From NCBI GenBank assembly GCA_012862495.1, contig BLSG01000310.1:77312-141311 (forward strand): a stretch of 64,000 nucleotides of DNA, written 5' to 3'. Both the position numbers and the translations under genes were made by a program. The DNA comes from Thraustochytrium aureum (taxonomy: Eukaryota). Below, piece by piece: positions 1 to 10,867 of the stretch; positions within the stretch are counted from its first letter, which is position 1; every line of letters begins with the position of its first letter. The notes under the pieces were generated by a model. The model was not told the origin of the DNA, did no database searches, and saw only the letters and a program-made list of their open reading frames with translations.

Positions 1-1163
1 TGCTGCTGCTGCCCTTGCGGCTTGTTGCCTGGCCCGGGTCGGCCGCGCTCGCGGTCAGAGGCTTCGCGGAGCTCGTTGCGTTCGCGTTCGAGGCGCTCTT
101 CTTCGCGGCGCTCCTCCTCTTCCAGCTTGCGCTTCTCTTCAGCCTTTCTGAGGCGTTTCTCTTCGACTTGTTGCTCAAGGAGCTGCCGAGCCTCCTGCTG
201 CCGGCGCTGCTTTTCGCTCAGCTGGTCCTGCACCTCTTGTGTCGCACTTCCGAACTGAAACCGGGTGTATCGTGCGCTGTCACGCCCACTTGTTGGCCGT
301 CGTTGGCCGAGCGAGCTCTGGAACGTCTGCTGAGCGGCCATGCCTGAACCGATCTGGCGCAGTGGCGGGACTGCAGCTGCGCCTTGAGGGCCAGGTGACT
401 CGGCCCGAGGAAATCCTGAATAGTGTTGAAGGCTTTGCGCCCCTTGCCACGGCGCGCCGTGGCCGCCGGCTTGCCCTTGGCCGGTGAGGCCGAACTCGCC
501 TTCGTGTGTTCCGATGGCGTGGACTTGGCCGTCGTTGGAGTGACGCAGCTCAGCGAGCACCGCTCCTTGTTGGTCCCTGAGCGGCGCCCCACTTCCGCCT
601 TTCCCCCAAGGGTTGTAGGCGAGCATATTTCGAAGCTCCCGGTCTTTCTCCCGGTCTTGTTGTTGCCTTTCGATCTGTTTGCGCTGGGCCTTGAGCCGAA
701 TCTGTTCGTCCAAGTCGCGCCTAAAGCTTTCTTGCTTGCTCAGCTTCTCGGTGACGAGGGGGTCTTGCTGGGTACGTCGCGCCGCTGCGCCAGGCAGCGC
801 GCCGTTGAACGGTCGCAGAGGCGAGCGTGCTCCCCCCTGTGTCCATGACGGGTTCCCTCCGCTGCCGCCGACGCCGCCGCCGCCGCCGTACGGACCGCCA
901 TCGCTCGGCCGCTGAGGGCTTTGCACAAATTCAATCCCAGCGTTTGCACCGTAGCTTGGAATGTTGCCCCGGAATGGCGAATAAGCCTGGCCGCCATTGC
1001 CCATCATCGCAGCCATTGCTTGCCCGTACATTGGGTCCCCTCTTGGTGACGATCCCACCGCCAAATGCTGCAAGCCAACCCGCGAGGGCAGGCCCAGCTG
1101 CCCGCTGCCAAACATGCCGTTCGCTCGGATCTCGTCCAGCTGCGAGGACTCCTTCGGGCTGCC
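1..1163 (-). CDS. CSPP1/CCDC66-like centrosome/cilium coiled-coil protein (partial; runs off window start, 5' part probably continues to ~2100 across a frame break and gap)
   Basis: Minus frame open from 1163 to base 1, absent from the ORF track. Manual translation gives ...ESFRRDLDEQIRLKAQRKQIERQQQ...LAYNPWGKGGSGAPLRDQQG...RQQEARQLLEQQVEEKRLRKAEEKRKLEEEERREEERLERER. YNPWGKGGxGAPLRD is characteristic of CSPP1-like proteins. Confidence 0.65.
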
Positions 1164-2233
1164 TCAGCCCAGTCGTTGCCTGTGTCTGTGGCCAAGTGGC
1201 GCTCGACCGGCGCGTGGGTACCTGCGCCGCCCTGACGGCCGTCCTCGCAAAACGAATGTAGCTCCCGGACGCCCGCGCATAAACCTGCGCCTGCAAGCTG
1301 TAGCGACGCTCGTGCAGGCCGGAAGCGCAACGACGAAGGCGGTACAAGGTCGCCTGGAGNNNNNNNNNNNNNNNNNNNNNNNNNNNNNNNNNNNNNNNNN
1401 NNNNNNNNNNNNNNNNNNNNNNNNNNNNNNNNNNNNNNNNNNNNNNNNNNNNNNNNNNNNNNNNNNNNNNNNNNNNNNNNNNNNNNNNNNNNNNNNNNNN
1501 NNNNNNNNNNNNNNNNNNNNNNNNNNNNNNNNNNNNNNNNNNNNNNNNNNNNNNNNNNNNNNNNNNNNNNNNNNNNNNNNNNNNNNNNNNNNNNNNNNNN
1601 NNNNNNNNNNNNNNNNNNNNNNNNNNNNNNNNNNNNNNNNNNNNNNNNNNNNNNNNNNNNNNNNNNNNNNNNNNNNNNNNNNNNNNNNNNNNNNNNNNNN
1701 NNNNNNNNNNNNNNNNNNNNNNNNNNNNNNNNNNNNNNNNNNNNNNNNNNNNNNNNNNNNNNNNNNNNNNNNNNNNNNNNNNNNNNNNNNNNNNNNNNNN
1801 NNNNNCCCGAGTGTGGCGGACGAAGCGCTCGATGCTCTCTCTCCTGCCAACCATGTTGAACCATCCCCGGGGCGGCGCGTGCCAGGCTCTCGGCGTTGCT
1901 ATCTTGGATTGGCCAGCCCGCCCGACAGCTGCTGTCAACAAGGCCAAAGTAGGCCTGGCCTGCATGCAGCCCAGGGCTCCTCAGGACGTTCGGCCACCGT
2001 TGAAGTCCACTGCCGGCGAGAAGAGACGGTCGCGCGGGTTGGAAGCGCGCCTCCCGAGGCTGGGGCATCTGGACGACCGTGACCTCGGCAAGTCAACCTC
2101 TCCGCGCAAGCGCAGCGCTGTTGTCGGGTCCTCAAGACCCAGCGAACAACCATGGTGATACTTTTACAACAAACTATACTCATACGTCAAACGTTCAGAC
2201 GTTGTCGTGGGAAACCAGAGAGAACCAGCACGA

Positions 2234-3830
2234 CTAAAAGTCGATCGAGGCAACGGAGAGTGATGCTCCGCGACCGGGTGCCTCCTGCATGCCCAGCCTA
2301 GGCGAGGCCGGGTCGAGCGATATTGCACCAGCATTGGTTTGCGGACCCGAAATCGAGCCCTTTTCAGCTTCGCTGGTCATGCCAAGCTCCATAGCCTCAG
2401 TCGGTTGATGCGCCGCTGCTGCAACGGTCTCGTCTGCGCGAGCGGGTGTCCTTGGGGCCGCGCGCCGCGTCGTGGGCCTGGACGGACGGGCCACTGTTCC
2501 GGTTTGCTCTAGGACGAATGTGGTCGGGGCAAGTGCCCGACCAGCCTGTGGCTGTGGCCTGGGATTTGGCGATCCTGTGAGCATGTTGGCGATTCTCGAC
2601 ATCGACCGCGCAATTGGCGACTGCGGCAGGCCTCTTCGGTAGTTTCCAAGCCCCTGTTCTTGGCCTTGCGCGACGCTTCCTCGTCTTCGAGGCGCATGCG
2701 CTCCTCAAGGAGCGTAACCTGCTCTCCAGCGTGGTTGATGTGGATCCCATATACGACCGAAAAAACTGAACGACGCTGACACCGAGCATCGCCACAATGA
2801 TCGGTTTGAAATAGTCCCGCATCCACTTGTAAAGCAACCATTGGAATCCGCGCGCAAGGCCAACTCCACAGCCCTCGTCCGCGCCGAGCGGGTCGCCTAC
2901 GAGGCGGACCTCGCTGGCAGAAATAAAGGTCCGGGCTGAAAGCGGCGTGCCGGGGATGCGCTCATCGTCGGGCACCGTCGTGGTGGCGGCTTGGAGGGTC
3001 TGACAAATCCCAAGCTCGACGACCTGGGCCTGATACCAGGAATACTCGGTGGGCTCGACCAAGTAGCAGGTGCACAGATCGTCGCGGTAGAAATTGAGCT
3101 CGCGGGGGACCGTGCAGGCGACCGGCGAGCCTGCTTCATAGTCCTCCGCGCACGGGGGCACGGGGCCTTGGCGGGACCAGCCGCTGGCGGCGCAGCATTC
3201 GTTGAACACCGCGGACTGGAAGGCCAAAACCTTGGCTTTGGCCGAGCCTGGTGTGGCTGACGACAGCGCGCCGCTGTTTACCGCGCTGTCAAGCTCGTTG
3301 AGGGCTGTGAGCGCGGCAATGTTGACGAGGAACTGTACGATGACCAAGATCAGGGCCACGATCTTGAGAGTAAACACGATGCACTTGTTGCAGCCCCCAT
3401 ATTTTCCTGCTAGTCCAGCCTGCCGATCTCCACCCTGAGCACAGCACTCGAGACGCCTTGCCTGCTCAACCGTCAGAAGCGAGAAAGCAACCACAAGGAC
3501 GCTCGAAAGCGCAAGCGCGCCGCCAGAGACCACTGGGAAAAACACAAACATGCGCCAGAACAACGGCTCGCCGTCCATCGCCGCCACCAACGCCGACCCC
3601 ACAGCGTAGTACCCATTGTCATCCAGGAACATGAACACTCCAATCGCGCACACAACAACAGCGCAGAGACCTGCAATGCCAAAGCTGAGCGCCATCGACC
3701 TTCCATGCACTACATCGGTCTTCTCGCCATGAATCCTGGACACCAGCTCGCGGTCCGAGCTCCCTCCGGAGACCCGCAGCACCTCAACGGCGAGCGCGCC
3801 GTCCTTAGGCTCGCTCGTTCTGCCTCCCAT
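2234..3830 (-). CDS. Tetraspanin-like 4-TM protein (two apparent frame breaks at ~2765 and ~2650)
   Basis: Three hydrophobic helices, a large Cys-rich loop starting FQSAVFNECC (cf. tetraspanin Q..F.CCG), and a fourth TM IIVAMLGVSVVQFF. The tail continues most plausibly via ORFs 2509..2841 and 2234..2602. Confidence 0.6.
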
Positions 3831-6116
3831 CTTGGCTTGCGTGGGGGCTCCCCTGCGTCGCGGTCACGGGCAACAGGAGCCTCGCAGTTCCGGGTCTGCA
3901 AGACCATTTTCATGAGCAAGTGCGAGCGGTCTGCACACTCGTACTGTCATCTGGCACTCGAAAGGCAGGACTCAGCCCGAGCTGTTGGCGCTTGTGCTTC
4001 TGGAGCAGCATCACCTACGCCAGCAAGGACTGATGACTCGCACCCTGCTCCGCAGGCCGAGTCTGTCGAGCATGCTTGTGCGCGCAGCAGCTCCAACGCA
4101 TCTAGCAAGCCAGAGCAGGGTTCGCATCTGTCTGTCCCGATGCTCGCAATCATCGCGTCGTGCACGCTGCGCCAAAGGCAGGACTCAGCTGGCGCGTGCT
4201 CCGAAAGGGTCGACCTGACCTTCCAAAAGGTTGGCACGATTCATTGATCCATCCGCTTCCTGCAGACTCATCAGTGCAGAGCGGCGAGTCATCACGTGGA
4301 CTGCAGGCCCAGCTGCCTGCCTACCGGTACTTACCTGCGTGCCTGCCTGCCTGCGCGCCAGGAGAGCAGGCCTGATCGATCACCAAGTCTCCACAACAAC
4401 AGGAGGCCGGTCTCGAGCGTACTTTTCCATTCCAAGCGCACACCGTACCGGTGGAGACCCTTGTGCTCTTGACGAAAGCGGACTGAGACAGGTCAATCCA
4501 TGCTTGAGAGCCGTTGGCTCGGGGCAGACAGCCAGCGAACCGAGCCGCCGCAGCGAGACGTAGTCATAGGTTCGGCAGCGCCGCCGTTGCTTTCGCTTTT
4601 TCTTTTGAGGTCGCGCCTCTCGTATTTTAGCGTTGCGCAGTAGCACCCAACCATGCGGAGAATGTGAACTCTGATTTCTTTTGGAGAGGCGCTGCTCCGC
4701 CCTGCGCTAAGCCTCGCGTGCTCCGATCAACTTCCTGCCCCGCTCCCCCACTCCAACTCCGCGTGCCGAGTAACGCTCCACGGCGCGGGAAACTGAATCG
4801 CACACAGTGTGGCCTGCTTGTGACAGCTCAGGATTCACAGGCAGCACTTCAGTTGAATGGCCATTGCGCCTCCCCAACGCGCGATCAGAGAGCATGCACT
4901 CACTTGTGCGAATCGCTCATTCACCTGCTGGGCAAGACCTGCTTGCTCTTCACCGCTCGGACCATTGACCGGCGAGCCAGTCTTGCCAAACGCGGCCATT
5001 CGCCGCCTGCGGAGCTCAGCAGCTATTTCGGCCAGGACGACTTCAGGTCCCTCCTCACCTTTCGCGCGAGGCTCAACGGACCCAACCGACACATACCACG
5101 CCAACCAGTATCATTCTTCATATTCTTGTCGATCAGCAGCTGGCAGCAGCAGCGGGCAGCCAGGCCGAGGGCCGTTGAGATTTCGCTGCTGTTGAAGAGC
5201 GCAACGCTGCGGTGGCAAGTGGGTGGCGAACACTTTCGCGCGATGCGTCTCCATGTGAAGGCAGCTTCCACCGCCGAGAGATGCCCCCACACTGCGTAGC
5301 GCGGGAGGCGTTGCTTTCGAAAGTTAGGCAGCCAACAAGGCTCGTCGAGCTTGGAGGAGCAAGCTGAAGCTTGGCTTGTCGCTTCGGGAAACGCGCCTGC
5401 GAGTGTTGCTGCGAACGACAGTTTNNNNNNNNNNNNNNNNNNNNNNNNNNNNNNNNNNNNNNNNNNNNNNNNNNNNNNNNNNNNNNNNNNNNNNNNNNNN
5501 NNNNNNNNNNNNNNNNNNNNNNNNNNNNNNNNNNNNNNNNNNNNNNNNNNNNNNNNNNNNNNNNNNCCTGCGAGTGTTGCTGCGAACGACAGTTTCTCAG
5601 TGACCTCCTCTTCGCAGTTCTCGGGGCGTTTCGACGGGCTTCAGCACAGAGATCTGCTCATGGCCCCGGCGCGATTGGCGCGGTTGCGAATGCTCGATCA
5701 CCGTGCTACGTTTCGCTTCACTTTCGCAGACCGTGTGGAAGGGACAGAAGAAGTGCTGTACCTACTCAGCAGAGCATTGTTACAAGCTTGGATGCTCTTG
5801 TGGTGGTCGTTTTTTTGATCGTGTAGAGAGTGCAGGTCAAGCCAACCAGTTCATATACCGCACTCGTTACACAGGTGGGAGAGCACCGCCGCACAGTCAA
5901 ACCAGTTCCATCGTCAAATTCTTTACCGCACACTTCGCATTCCACGCCGCCCAAAGGAACGGACGACAAGTCTTCACGGGAGTGAAGCAGACCCGCTTCG
6001 ACGCTGCAACCCGGCCAAAATTCTGCGCTAAACTGGCAGATCGCGTCGACTTCAGGGGAAACCCAGCGAGATACAGAGACTGCACGAGTCGGATCGCACC
6101 AGCGCGGCTTGCGCGG

Positions 6117-6403
6117 ATGTTGCAAATTCCGTTTGCTCAGACCTCGCGCAACTTGGCGCAGCCTGGTAACTTGCTAGCCTCGCTGCTTTCGCAAGCCCAG
6201 GCGAGTGATCTGGCTGGTGGAGCGACCACGTCAAAGCGCGAGATGGGCCTGCCGTTTGTGAACCAGCAAGCGTGCTTTCGGATACTTGTCCAGCACCCAA
6301 AGACGCAGCCTCTCGCGGTGCTGGGTCAGCAAACCTCTGGGCACCAGTACCTCCAGCTTTTTCAGCATCAGCAGAATCAGCAGCTTCAGCAGCAGCCGCA
6401 GCA

Positions 6404-6435
<32 letters not shown>

Positions 6436-7153
6436 AGCAGCAGACTCTCCAGCGTCGCCTTTTCGAGCATCATCAGCTCTTGAAGCACGAGCAGGTCTCC
6501 CAGGCCGCATCGAATGGGCTAAACGCTGTGCCAATGGCCCTTCAACTGGCGGGGGTTATTTCCAGCTCAGTGGGTTGAGCGGAGTACAAGTCACATACCC
6601 CGGGCAAACTGGGAACGTAATGGCTCCGCTTCGTGCACCTGAACAGCTCCCCGTGGCAACCACCATTCTGGCGCCCCCTACATCGCGCCAAGCATGCACT
6701 CCGGCCAAGTCGGGCGTGCTCAAGCCTCGCCGCACTCGGCGCAAGTCATCTGGTTGCAGCTCACGCTACCGCGGGGTTTCTTGGCACAAGCGTGACCAGC
6801 GTTGGGTCGGCCGCGCTTGGGTGAATGGGCGAACGATCAACGCGGGGACCTTTGCCCGCGAGAAGCTAGCCGCGATCGCCGTCGACGACTGCATTGCTCG
6901 CGTGTATGGCCCTGGAGCTGACCCTCGGCTCCTCAACTTTCCGGATGCCAAGGAGCGAGAGGCTCTCAAGGCACAGGAGGAGACGCTGGATGACGAACCT
7001 TGGGATGGCACCCTGAGGGGTTTGCCCGAAGGTGAAGAAAACGACTCGTCCAGTGCAGAGGTTTTGTGCAGAAAGCGCGGTAACGACGACGCGCAGGAGG
7101 ATGATTTGGTAGACCAGCCGCAAAAGCGGTCGCGGGTAGCTGACGTTGTGTAA
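6117..7153 (+). CDS. AP2-domain transcription factor with N-terminal polyQ (frame break ~6550; start uncertain)
   Basis: SSRYRGVSWHKRDQRWVGRAWVNGRTINAGTFAREKLAAIAVD...LLNFP is an AP2 domain. The polyQ ORF 5703..6578 joins it if one G is added to the run at 6551-6555. Confidence 0.75.
6386..6443 (+). repeat. CAG/CAA trinucleotide repeat (polyQ)
   Basis: Seen directly. Confidence 0.9.
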
Positions 7154-7927
7154 TTTACTTGTCGCAGAAGTGCGCCGAGTTTGTGGTCTCTGATCGGATC
7201 AAGCGCAACCTAAAGGGTCAGCAAAGCGTCCGATATGCTGCTGCGGTCTCAGATTTAAAGCAGAAGAAATTGACTTTTACAATGAATGCTTCCTCCTTTC
7301 GCACGCAGAAAGCCAACTGCGCACGACAGATCTCGCAAGGTTGAGCATCATAGGTCCCGGGACTCTCTTCCAGTCAGCAGCAGCAAGCTGCGTGCAAGGC
7401 AAGGCAAGGCATAAGACGCACCGCGCTGACCTAGTGTGGATCTCTTTGATTGGGTCATGGAATGTGCGTCTCGAACGAACGGGGAGATCGTCTTGAGGCC
7501 ATGCAACGGAAGAACTCGACCTCGGAGGGACCCTGTGCGGCTGAACACTCGAGTAGCACCAGTGGTTGTTTTGCACAGACATCATTACTAGGAGTTGGAT
7601 TTACGATCGTTCGTAGGTATGTACTTAGTTGGGTAGGGTCCAGGTGTTTGGGTGGACCTCAAAGCACGCCGCGCTCTATCCAAAAAGGACTGCTCAGCAC
7701 GGCGGCACGGATGCTTCTAAAAGCCAAAACGAGCACACAGCGCCACCCGCTGGGGCTGCCAAGGGGAAACACTGCAAAAAAGCTAAAAAGCACGGAGGCG
7801 CCGAGCCGAGGAACATCGCACGCTAAGTGAGACGAAGGAAGGGGAAAGGACCTAGCACGCAGCCAGGATTGGCTCGTTGCTGGCCCGGAATAGCGCCTCA
7901 GCAGAGTGCCTGTCTCCTCGCACGGGG

Positions 7928-9018
7928 TCAGCCGAAAAACTTGGACTCGTGCAGCGTCTTTTGCAGAATGGACTGGCCAATCCGCTCAATTATCTTGCGC
8001 ATGAGGCGGGTGTCTGTTGCGCAGGTGGTGATGATGTTGGAGAGCCCCTGCTCGTCCTCCGCAACCGCCCCCATTGCATCGAGCACTTTGCACTTGAAAA
8101 AGTCAAGCACCGAGTCAAGGTCATTGTCGCCCTCGTATTCTGGAAAATAGTCGCTGACCTTGAGACCTTTCAACTTGGCTTCCAGCAGGTCGACTTTGTT
8201 GAGGAGGACAATGATCGTGGCGTTCTGAAAGCACTCTGTTTGTCGCACCATCGAGAGGATTTCCAGCTGGGTCTGAAGAACGTTGGCACCGCTCTGACTC
8301 GTGTTGGAAAACTCGGGAAGGGAAAGGACATAGAGGATCGCGTTTAGTCCCTCCGAGTGCGTGGCCCATTCGGTGCGCTCGTGCGCCTGCCCACCCACGT
8401 CCGTGCACTCAACCCTTAGTGTCGTTGGCTTGCCGATTAGCGACACGACGCTCATGTCAAAGTTGATCGTGTGGCTGTCAGACGTCGACCTTCGCAGATG
8501 AAGCATGTCGTCATCTGAAGGAACGTAGGATTCGCGCTTGATGCGCTCCAGCTGCTCCAAAAAGTAGCCAGTCAATACGGGTAGGACCTGCTCGGTGCCT
8601 GCATTTTTCTCGTCGGGTGCTGTACCTCCTGGTACACGGACTGGATTCCAGGGTCCCGCCAGAGTCTTTCGATCAGATTCCATGGGACATGCACGTCTGA
8701 CAAGGGTTTGTTCGCATCACGCACTTTAACCTGTAGCAAGACTGGCTTTAGCTCGTCTGCAAGGTCCTCGTTTTCTTCCAAGACTTCGACGCCGTAGTCG
8801 TCTGTGGCCGCGTCTAGGTCGATTAGGGTCTCGATGATGTTTTCGAGGATCATGTCGCGAGCCAGGATACGGTCTTTTTCCTCAAACCCTTCCTTGTATA
8901 GGATCTGGAGCTGCTTGAAGATTGTCGACTTGCCCACGTTGGCCCCGCCGAGCAGGAGAATCTTCACGCTCGGAATGGGCAGAGTGCGGCTGCTGCCGCC
9001 AGAGCACATGCCGCCCAT
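7928..9018 (-). CDS. Heterotrimeric G protein alpha subunit, divergent (one frame break ~8580-8625)
   Basis: N-terminal MGGMC (myristoyl/palmitoyl-type), KILLLGGANVGKSTIFKQL, LWRDPGIQ, DMLHLRRST, DVGGQ, LLNKVD, TCATDT, split over ORFs 8572..9018 and 7928..8683. Confidence 0.92.
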
Positions 9019-10183
9019 CGCGGGGCGCCGTGCCTAGCCGAGCCAATGACCCTGCCCTCCTCCCAGGCGGCCCGCTCGTGCCAAGCGCAGCTTCGCGCTA
9101 GGCGCACGCCTGCGCGGTTGGGCGCACCCGTTTGCGGCGGCGCAGCTTACCTCGACGGCCGGCTCGCCTTGCGAGGCAAGTCGAGCGTACCACGACGACG
9201 CGGACCAGCTCGCCGCTTCGCGCAAGGCCACCTTTCTCAGGCCTGCCCCCAGTCCTCGCCCCCAGTCCTCGCAGCGTCCTTGCAGCAGCTCGGTCTCGCC
9301 CTGCCAGCTTCCGCGCGCGCTGCGGCCTACAGCATGTGCAGGCTCGGCAGCCGTGTCGATGCTTTGCGCAGTGCGCGAAACAAATCGAGGAGAGCACCGA
9401 CTNNNNNNNNNNNNNNNNNNNNNNNNNNNNNNNNNNNNNNNNNNNNNNNNNNNNNNNNNNNNNNNNNNNNNNNNNNNNNNNNNNNNNNNNNNNNNNNNNN
9501 NNNNNNNNNNNNNNNNNNNNNNNNNNNNNNNNNNNNNNNNNNNNNNNNNNAAATCGAGGAGAGCACCGACTCGCGTTTCGCCTCCGCGGCGGGCGGCTCT
9601 CTCCTGCAACGACTGCGTTGAGACCAGCTCTTTGAAGCACCTGCACCGCCTCCATCATCTCTAGCTCTCTCGAGAGAGGAAGGAACAAGCGCGGCGGCTG
9701 CAGCAGCGTGCAGAGTGGCTTCGCAGAAAGTCCAACGTACAGCCTCATCTCAAAGTGGACGAGAGCGAATAAATCTCCTGACGCAGAGCGGCTCAATGCG
9801 CCGTTCGCTGCTCTGCGCCTCGAGGTCCCTCGTCGCGTCAGCCGGGGGCGCTCGGCGACGACAACTGGCCCTCCACGCCGTGTAGAGTGCTGCTCTACGT
9901 TGGACCTGAGTTTCGCAACACCAACCCCTCCAACGGATCCGATCCGTTGAGCAACGCCTCTCTCTACAGAGCAAGCCTGCCGCCTGCGTTTGCAGCCGCA
10001 CTTCGCGCCAGTGAGGCAGAGCTCTCGGAGAGCCTGGCCGCCTTCCATCGCTGAGGAGACGCAGGAGCCGAGGAGGGGTTTGAGCCTCCCAGGCGCCGCT
10101 AATTCTTCTTGCAAGAAACCCCTGCTGCGCCCGCCTGCCACACACCAGGCCCAGGTTGGCGAGTGAGGCTTCGCTGGCAGGCC

Positions 10184-10224
10184 GGCTGCAGCGCATTCGG
10201 CTGCAGCGCATTCGGCTGCAGCGC
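10184..10224. repeat. 15-bp tandem repeat GGCTGCAGCGCATTC x2.7
   Basis: Seen directly. Confidence 0.8.
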
Positions 10225-10867
10225 TGTCGCAGTTTGTACGGCACGACTTCGCTTTGGCCCTTCGGACTTCAAGTCCCGATCGTTGGGAGAAGCTCTGGTT
10301 TTCGCGGCAAGTTGCGAGGCATTCATTGCACTGCCGCTGTGCTGCTGCTGATCAAGAGGCCACACCCCGTTCGTTCGTTGCTGGTAACAGCGTCAGAGGC
10401 GAGGCGGCCGGACATGCACGCCTGTGGGAAGGCGCGATAAGAATGACCTGATTTCTCGTTCAAAAACGACAACGAGAGGCTCGCGACTCGGTTGGCCCGA
10501 ACGAGTCGCCTGCGACGCAGCGCCTTGCGCTGAGGCAGCGCACTGCTCGTCCTCCTAGCATTCAAGCTCCACCAGCGAATCTGCCTGCGACGGGACGGGC
10601 GATTTCACGAGCGCTGTGAACGGAAGGCAGCTCATCTATCCGGCTCGCTTGCCTCGGCCAAGGCGCCTGTCGCGGCACGCTCGGGCCAGCCAGGTCGCTG
10701 GCGCCGGGAGTCTCGAGCGGCGTGGGGTGTGGGGCCGGCAGAAACATAAGCCGAAAGCCTACGGCACATTGGGCTGCGCGACGAGAAGCGCCCTTCGCCA
10801 GCGTCAAGCGCGACTCTGGCCAAGCCGATCGCGAGGAGACTCTGGACCCGAAGCCAGCGCTGCGAGC

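Noticed and set aside
4328..4337. TACTTACCTG resembling the U1 snRNA 5' end
   Set aside because: No further U1 structure or Sm site is visible; better explained as a minus-strand splice donor.
5396..5595. 29-bp direct repeat on both sides of an N gap (similar 21-bp pair at 9382/9551 and 13-bp pair at 44378/44598) as target-site duplications
   Set aside because: Variable lengths and exact abutment to gaps indicate contig-end overlap or collapsed tandem repeats.
9098..10141. Possible gene between G-alpha and the cyclase
   Set aside because: No recognisable domain, spans a gap, and cannot be supported from sequence alone.
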